From positions 282,364 through 346,363 of the forward strand of contig JBBRPR010000001.1 in assembly GCA_038227875.1 (NCBI GenBank): 64,000 nucleotides of DNA, written 5' to 3'. The notes beneath the pieces were generated by a model that was given only the letters and a program-made list of their open reading frames with translations, did no database searches and was not told where the DNA came from. Each line of letters starts with the position of its first letter. Positions within the stretch are counted from its first letter, which is position 1. A program made the translations under genes and the position numbers. This DNA is from Planctomycetota bacterium (GTDB lineage Bacteria > Planctomycetota > SZUA-567 > H5-PLA8). This document shows, piece by piece, positions 57,945 through 64,000 of this stretch.

Positions 57945-58030
57945 GTCGGGCCGCACCTCCTCAATATCGTCTGATGCTTCATCGGAATCCGTCCGGCTAC
58001 CGAGTGCTGTAGCCGGACAGACTAGTCCGC

Positions 58031-58855
58031 TCAGGCCTCTGCCCACCGCTTTTTCATCAGATTCACCAACGGTTTGGTCTGCTTCTCGACGCTGTCGAAC
58101 TTGCCTTCGAACGAGCAGCGCTGGTCGTATTTCGCCTTCTTGAGGTTTTTGAAGAAGCCGAGGAAGTCTTCTTCGCCTTGCGCGTAACCTGGCGCGACGC
58201 GGCCGAGGTCGGCGAGGTGCGTGTGGATCAGGCGCGAACCGGCGGCGGCGACGTTAGCGACGGGTTCCTTGTCTTCGGACATGTGATATAGATCGGCCAG
58301 CAACTGGATGCGTTTGCGCCCGATGATGTCGACGAGTTTCGCGCCGGCGCTGACGGTGTTGATCAGGTTGTCTTCCTTCGTGTTCAGCGGTTCGATGGCG
58401 ATATCTATGCCGATCGCGTCGGCGATGGGGTCGAGTTCCTGGCAGAATTTGACGAGCTGCGCTTCAGCTGTAGCGCGTTCGAAGCCATCGGGGATGCGTC
58501 GCGCGCGGCCGGAGCCGAGCACCACGACGTCGGCGCCCACGGCTTTGCAGCGCTGCAAGGCGACCTGGCAGTACTTCAGCACCGCGGCGAGATTCACGGC
58601 CGGGCCGGTGATGGGGTGATGTCCGGGGATGAAGCTGTTGAACGCTTCCGCGCGGAGCGCCGCGCCGCTGAGGGCGGACTGGAGTTGTTCGAACTCGGCT
58701 GGCGAACCTTCCGGTGCCACGGCGCTGACGGTGAATTCGATGTAGTCGGCTCCGGCGTCGCGGACGAAGGCCAGGAAACGCTTGGTAGCGGCGGCGGGAG
58801 TTTCTCCGGCGTTGGGCGGAAACGAGTTCGGGCCGGCACAAATTCCAAATCGCAC
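58031..58855 (-). CDS. Sugar phosphate isomerase/epimerase family (xylose-isomerase-like TIM barrel)
   Basis: GADYIE, GSGRAR, IEPLN, DLYHM, HTHLAD, SFE. Confidence 0.88.
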   Translation of the reverse strand: MRFGICAGPNSFPPNAGETPAAATKRFLAFVRDAGADYIEFTVSAVAPEGSPAEFEQLQSALSGAALRAEAFNSFIPGHHPITGPAVNLAAVLKYCQVALQRCKAVGADVVVLGSGRARRIPDGFERATAEAQLVKFCQELDPIADAIGIDIAIEPLNTKEDNLINTVSAGAKLVDIIGRKRIQLLADLYHMSEDKEPVANVAAAGSRLIHTHLADLGRVAPGYAQGEEDFLGFFKNLKKAKYDQRCSFEGKFDSVEKQTKPLVNLMKKRWAEA

Positions 58856-58960
58856 GATGAGGTTCCCTCTGGTTTTTTTAGATACGGACGGGTTGACGCG
58901 TGCACGGTTGGAACGGGCAGGGAATTTTCCCCTGCCCGCAGCCTGGATGAGACGAGCGGG

Positions 58961-60331
58961 TTACTTGTCCTGCGGCCGTTTGAAGACGTCGTTGCGGTCG
59001 ACTTTCTGGAAGCCATCCTTGGCGAAATCGCGGTCGGCGGGGCGCTGAGTGGTAGCTTCGTTCAGCGGCGCCTGCGGCTTGTTCGCGGCGTTGTTGTTGG
59101 GGTCCTGAAGATCCGACGGCGACGGCGGTGACGGCCAGTCGCGTTTCACCAGTTTGAGCTTACGCAGCTCGCCGACCTTCTTGGCGAACTCCGGATCCGT
59201 ATCGGAAATCTTCTTTTCGCCGATTTGCGGCGGGAGCGTCAGGATGTTCTGGTTGTACCATTCGATGTACTGGCGCAGCCCGTCCTGAACCAGGGCGTCC
59301 TTGGACTGGACATTGATGTACGTCTGCCCTGTGATCGCGACCAGTGTCTCGCGGATCTTGTCGATGAACTGGACCTGGTACCACGCGGCGCGGCCGTCGG
59401 CGGGCATCGCGGCGAAGAAGACTTCGATCACCTGCTTGACCGCGCGCTTGCCGTCCATCTGCGGAATCAAGCTCATGCAGGCGGAGCGGGCATCTACATT
59501 TTGGTGCTGCGTGCCAGCGACGACGTAGGGCAGGGCTTCAGCGCCGAGCGCGGCGATGGTGCCTTTGGCCGCATTAATGCCCTCGGTGTTGCCCGCGCCG
59601 GCGTTGGCCAGGGCGTCGAGCGCCTGCATGAATTGCGTTTCCTTAGGAGCATCCATGCGCTTGGCGTGATCGGGGAACGAGGCCAGTCCGGCCGGCGGCG
59701 TCCATTCTTTCCATTCCTTCTCGGCTTTCGCTTTTTCAGGATCTTCAACCGGCTGGCCATCGGGACCCACTGCGGGGGCCGCGGGCGCAGGCGGTGCGAC
59801 GGGCGCCAGGACCGTGCCGGGCGGATTGGGCGGCGGCTGAATCGGCAAGCCATCGGGCCCGACGACGATCGGCTGATTCGCCGCGGGAGCGGCAGGTGCC
59901 GCAGGCACGGCGGGCGCTGCCGGAGCCGCCGGTGCAGCGGGAGCGACATTCGGGGCAGGAGCCGGAGCAGGAATGACTGGGGCCGGGGCATTCGGAGTGC
60001 CTGGCGCAGGCACGGCCGGCGGCGCGGGTACGGCTGGCGGCGCGGGAACCGCGGGCGCGGCTGGTGCAGGCGCCGGTTCGGGCGCGGCCTGGACGTTGAC
60101 GCGTGGGGATTTGACGATCGTGTCGACGTCGGCTTTGCGGATCGAGCGAACGACGCCGTTGGTCTGCTTGATCACGACCGTGTTGGCGTCATCGACGGTG
60201 ACGGTGCCTTCGATTTCGGCGCCGCTTTTCAGAAAGACGGTGTCGGCCCGGGAGGCCGAGGGAGTTCCAAACGCCAGTCCCGCGAGAAGACCCGAAGCAA
60301 CTATCCACTGTTTGTGTTGCTTGTGTTTCAT
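58961..60331 (-). CDS. Secreted hypothetical protein (small beta domain, Pro/Ala linker, HEAT-like helices)
   Basis: Signal peptide ..SRA-DTVFLKSGAEIEG; PAPA repeats; LGAEALPYV; AGGAG RBS. Confidence 0.75.
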   Translation of the reverse strand: MKHKQHKQWIVASGLLAGLAFGTPSASRADTVFLKSGAEIEGTVTVDDANTVVIKQTNGVVRSIRKADVDTIVKSPRVNVQAAPEPAPAPAAPAVPAPPAVPAPPAVPAPGTPNAPAPVIPAPAPAPNVAPAAPAAPAAPAVPAAPAAPAANQPIVVGPDGLPIQPPPNPPGTVLAPVAPPAPAAPAVGPDGQPVEDPEKAKAEKEWKEWTPPAGLASFPDHAKRMDAPKETQFMQALDALANAGAGNTEGINAAKGTIAALGAEALPYVVAGTQHQNVDARSACMSLIPQMDGKRAVKQVIEVFFAAMPADGRAAWYQVQFIDKIRETLVAITGQTYINVQSKDALVQDGLRQYIEWYNQNILTLPPQIGEKKISDTDPEFAKKVGELRKLKLVKRDWPSPPSPSDLQDPNNNAANKPQAPLNEATTQRPADRDFAKDGFQKVDRNDVFKRPQDK

Positions 60332-60405
60332 GATCGTTCTCCTTCTGAATGCGGCGAGGTCTGGAACGGTGCGGCGGGGAAAACCCGCCGCACCCGTGCA
60401 CTTCT

Positions 60406-60897
60406 TTACTTCGCGCGTTCTTCGCCGCTGTAGACCCAATCGCGGGCGGCGCTGCCGGAACCCTTGGCCACCGGCACCAGCTCGCCGGCCTTGAACCATA
60501 GTGCCAGTTCACGCTCGGCGGATTCCGGGGAATCCGAGGCGTGAATCAGATTATTCTGACCCGAGAGCGCCAGGTCGCCGCGGATCGTGCCGCCCGGCGC
60601 CTTCAATCCGGAAGTCGGTCCGACCAGCCCGCGCACCACTCCGATGGCGCCGTTGCCTTCGAGGGCGAACGCCACGACCGGGCCGCTGGTGATGAACGAC
60701 AGCAGGCTCGGGAAAAACGGCTTGGCCGCGTGTTCGGCGTAATGCTTTTCGGCGGTAGCCTTGTCGACGTTGATCAGCTTTAGTGCGACCAGGCTCAGGC
60801 CCTTCTTTTCAAACCGCGTCAGAATCTCGCCGACCAGACCCCGTGCGACGCCGTCGGGCTTGATGATGACCAGTGTACGTTCGTGCAATGCGCTCAC
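60406..60897 (-). CDS. ndk: Nucleoside diphosphate kinase
   Basis: [26 protein letters not shown]. Confidence 0.97.
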   Translation of the reverse strand: MSALHERTLVIIKPDGVARGLVGEILTRFEKKGLSLVALKLINVDKATAEKHYAEHAAKPFFPSLLSFITSGPVVAFALEGNGAIGVVRGLVGPTSGLKAPGGTIRGDLALSGQNNLIHASDSPESAERELALWFKAGELVPVAKGSGSAARDWVYSGEERAK

Positions 60898-61083
60898 TCT
60901 TTTTGTTCTCCCATTCTACCCTGTTTTAGACGCTGATGGACGGACAACGATTCAGAAAACGTAACAGAAAGAGGGGGTACCGGCAAGGGCGGCGAAGGCG
61001 GCTCTTGGCGCTTAGCTCGTAGCTCCTGGACCTGCGGTCAATCGTGAACATAAAGTCACGTGTGCAACCGCTCGCCAGTGATT

Positions 61084-63477
61084 CTACTTCTTCTTTTTCA
61101 GGACCTCCGCGTGGCTGACGGGCTGGGGCTTCATTTCGACGCCTTTGGCTTTCAGGGCGGTTTCCGTTTTGGCTAAATCGGTCCGGAAGTCCCTCTCGTC
61201 TTCCCATTCGACGCTGCCGGCGGCTCGCAATACGTTGCGCCCGGCCGAGACCTGTCCTTCGGGCACGTTGTCGTAGATGACAATGTTCATGGCGTCGTCC
61301 GGCGTCGAGCCCGAAATGTAAACGAAGCCGGCGTCCTCGTCTTTGAAGCGGGGATTCTGGAACAGGCGGGGATCCATGGCGTAGTCGGGGAAGATCTCCA
61401 TAAGATCCGCGGGGAAGGCGCCTTTGTGTTCGGGAACATCGGCGTACATGATCAGTGCCTTGCCCATCTGCGACATGTTGTTGGCACCTCCCGCGCGCCG
61501 CGCCGCTTCACGGGCTCGGGCCAGCACCGGCAGCACCAGCGCGGCCATCACGCCCACCGCGGCGACCGTGATCAGCGGTCCGCTGCCGCCGCCGGTGATG
61601 TTGGGGAAGGGCATTTCGCTGCGGAAGTAGACGCTGACCGGGTCGCCGGTCCAGATCGCACCGCGCGCGCGGCGGTACTTCATGAAGAAACCTTCGTCGG
61701 GCCAGAGGCCCATGTCGACACTGCGCCCCACCGCTGCGACGACCTGGCCGGAGGGCCGCTTGAAGAACGTCTCAACTTCCGCCAGCGGATTGTCGCCGTT
61801 GCCGTTGATGTTGAACGCCAGATCTCCGTCCGCCTTCGGCGGTGCGACCTGCTCGGCCAGCGCTGCCAGGGTCGCGGTGCTTCCGCCCACGCCGATCAGC
61901 GTCAGGATCAGCGACGAGCCGCCGGAGCTTTCGTCGGTCTGGTAGGCGAAGCCGCCGGGGAGTTTGGCTGCGTCAAAGGGCTGGCCGGTCAGGCGCGCGA
62001 GAGTCTGCTGGAAGCTGGCGTTGCTCAAGATGTCGTCTTTGGCGGCGAGTTGATCGAGGCTGCGTTTCACCGCGTTGATCGAGGTGCCGGCCAGCAGGCG
62101 GTTTTTCACGACGGTGAAGGACCACGTGCTGCTCATGACCTGCTTGAGGTAGTAGATCGTCTGGCCGTTGTAGTCCAGACTGCGGAACTGGACCATCTCG
62201 GCGACGGGGTTGCCGGTGAGGGACGTGCCAAACGACTTCTGCAGTTTCTGGAGACAGCCTTCGACTTTCGCGGCGTCCTTGAGGCCGATGAAGAAGACTC
62301 CGCCCAGGCTCCCGGACAACGGCGGCGCGGTGTCGAGCGCGGTGCGCGCGATCACGGTCTCGGAGCCGAGGTTCTCGATCAGGTCCTTTTCGAGGTTGAA
62401 GCCCAGGCGCAGGTTGACCATCAGCAGCAGTCCGTCGAACTGGCGGCTGGCGCCGAAGGCGTTGAGGACTTCGCGGAATTTGGCCAGGTAGCTGCCCCAT
62501 TCGATGCGGCAGGCGGCGACATACGGCGCATCAATGGCGGCGATTTTCATCGCGTCTTTGGAGACGGGTTCGTTGGAGGCGAGCATCAGGCTGACGAGGC
62601 CCGTCGCCTTCTGGCCGGCGGCGATGTGGAGCGCGCCTTCCATTACCAGTTCGTCATTGGCGATGCCCAGGCCGATCAGGACGGAGCTGAGGGTGCTGAT
62701 GCCCAGCGCCTTGCCGCCCTGCCGGACCTTGGCGAAATCGGGATCGTTGGCTTGAATTCTGGCGACCGTTTCCAGCGTGCCGGCGGGATTAAGAAAGAGG
62801 AAGCCGGCGGGGAATTTCATCTGGGCTCGCGCCGCGGCGAAGGATTCCAGCGCGGCGAGCGTGCCTTTGGCGTCCGGCGTCTTGATGCGCTCGATGACGC
62901 GATTGAGTTCCGCGGCGGGCAGGCCGAAGAGGAAGCGGCCGTTGAGCTGCGCGATCGCCGGAGCGTTGGGGTCTTTCTCGTCGCCGAAGACGAAGGGTTT
63001 ACCTTCGGTCAGCAGACCGCCGCCGAGCGCCGGTTCCAGCAGGCGGGAGAGCGATTCGAAGTTCTCGGGCTTGATGATCAGCACCGCGCCGACCGGGGGG
63101 CCGTCTGCATCCGGCTGACCTTCTTTCGCCACGCGGGGCACGACGCCGAAGGTGATCTCGCCGCTGAGGAACCCGCGGTCGAGATCGGTGAGCGCCGGCA
63201 GCAGGGGGTTCTTGGTGCGGATTTCCGTGTAGGTTTTGCGGAGCTGCTCCAGGGCCGGGGCGAGAAACTGCTGCATCTCCGGCTGCGCGAACATATCGGC
63301 GACCTGCGTCTTTCCAAAGGCGGCGCGGGTGGCGGCGAGATTGGGGATGGAGAGCAGGCCCAGCGTGGTGTCGGGGAAGATGTCTTCGGCCTTGACTTTA
63401 TCGGCCTCGGCGGCGCGGACGCTGGAGAGGACCAGCGCGGCGAGGATGAGGACAGATTTGAACGAGTTAAATCGCAT
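61084..63477 (-). CDS. Exported protein with a large N-terminal domain and C-terminal pilin-like/DUF1559-like module
   Basis: Signal peptide; AVGVMAALVLPVLARAREAARR..NNMSQMGKAL; terminal GRNVL..GSVEW. Confidence 0.75.
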   Translation of the reverse strand: MRFNSFKSVLILAALVLSSVRAAEADKVKAEDIFPDTTLGLLSIPNLAATRAAFGKTQVADMFAQPEMQQFLAPALEQLRKTYTEIRTKNPLLPALTDLDRGFLSGEITFGVVPRVAKEGQPDADGPPVGAVLIIKPENFESLSRLLEPALGGGLLTEGKPFVFGDEKDPNAPAIAQLNGRFLFGLPAAELNRVIERIKTPDAKGTLAALESFAAARAQMKFPAGFLFLNPAGTLETVARIQANDPDFAKVRQGGKALGISTLSSVLIGLGIANDELVMEGALHIAAGQKATGLVSLMLASNEPVSKDAMKIAAIDAPYVAACRIEWGSYLAKFREVLNAFGASRQFDGLLLMVNLRLGFNLEKDLIENLGSETVIARTALDTAPPLSGSLGGVFFIGLKDAAKVEGCLQKLQKSFGTSLTGNPVAEMVQFRSLDYNGQTIYYLKQVMSSTWSFTVVKNRLLAGTSINAVKRSLDQLAAKDDILSNASFQQTLARLTGQPFDAAKLPGGFAYQTDESSGGSSLILTLIGVGGSTATLAALAEQVAPPKADGDLAFNINGNGDNPLAEVETFFKRPSGQVVAAVGRSVDMGLWPDEGFFMKYRRARGAIWTGDPVSVYFRSEMPFPNITGGGSGPLITVAAVGVMAALVLPVLARAREAARRAGGANNMSQMGKALIMYADVPEHKGAFPADLMEIFPDYAMDPRLFQNPRFKDEDAGFVYISGSTPDDAMNIVIYDNVPEGQVSAGRNVLRAAGSVEWEDERDFRTDLAKTETALKAKGVEMKPQPVSHAEVLKKKK

Positions 63478-63613
63478 GCTGTAGGGCCCCTTAAAATATG
63501 GATAAGTGAAGTGTGCTCAATTTACTCGCAGGGAGGGCGGGGGACTATTGCAGTTTGCATCTTGTCTCCGGGTTGTGGTTCATGGGGTGAGGTGCTGCGG
63601 GTTTTCATAGGTG

Positions 63614-63656
63614 GATGTGACAGAATGCGACAGAATGTTACATCGAGATGGGGGCT
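63614..63656. promoter_or_regulatory. Second copy of the three-fold ATGNNACA direct-repeat motif
   Basis: GATGTGACAGAATGCGACAGAATGTTACATCGAGATGGGGGCT, aligns with 14112-14153. Confidence 0.55.
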
Positions 63657-64000
63657 TTACAGGAGATTGTATTGGAACTCCTTGCATTCGTGGGGATTGG
63701 ATTTGGCTACGACATCCGCGGTTAGTACTGGTTGATAGCAGTAAGTGCTTTGAGGCTATAACAAAAGATGACAAAGATCTCGGCCATCACCTACAGCTGG
63801 CATATTGGCGGAAGCCGGCCATCCACATCTAACTCCGGGATGTCATCGAGAAGAACCTTCCTGACCTGCCCCCGTTTTATGTACCAGCCGTTATGAGAGT
63901 TTTTCCTAAAACAGGGCTCCCCTCGAGCCCCGCTGCTCCGTCGCTATCGGCGTCGGTCGCACTCACCAGCTCGGCCGGCGACGATAGCGGCGGAGCGGCG

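Noticed and set aside
60368..60394. Hairpins at 60368-60394 and 58914-58938 as terminators
   Set aside because: No U-tract on the transcribed minus strand; more likely stabilising stems
61426..63735. 769-aa plus-strand ORF and similar long antisense ORFs (21192-23081, 51271-53076, 38476-40098, 31097-32434)
   Set aside because: Shadow frames of well-supported genes in high-GC DNA; no motifs
63780..64000. Gene fragment at the right edge
   Set aside because: No recognisable motif or convincing frame in the available sequence

Overview
GC-rich bacterial chromosomal window. The gene content (DUF1559-like pilin domain, PQQ-like propeller, prenyltransferase-repeat protein, ZAS anti-sigmas, several Hanks kinases) suggests a Planctomycetota-like organism; this is inference. 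Left end: a partial ompH/skp and a housekeeping run aspC-greA-pheA-tpiA-secG x2-yicC-gmk-rpoZ-coaC-coaB, then Uma2 and queG. About 10-38.5 kb is accessory and signalling: two hybrid histidine kinases, a frameshifted head-less secDF coupled to a lipoprotein, a sigma4/ZAS/prenyltransferase-repeat fusion, an ECF/anti-sigma pair, a PP2C-kinase fusion divergent from an APC permease with a large inserted loop, and a six-gene operon that looks like a self-contained pathway for a non-standard phospholipid (YnbA-like, YnbB/CdsA-like, PlsC-like, two PaaK-like ligases, DedA/YqaA-like). The right part holds ppnP, a CPBP protease, an FHA protein, an orphan dnaA, nadC, an Hsp70-family gene, LysM, STAS plus a tandem pseudokinase-kinase, argS, cutA, hutI and ndk. 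Intergenic DNA is rich in heptamer-armed palindromes and other structured repeats. No rRNA, tRNA, CRISPR array, transposase or integrase was recognised. All family calls come from motif recognition by eye, not database searches.
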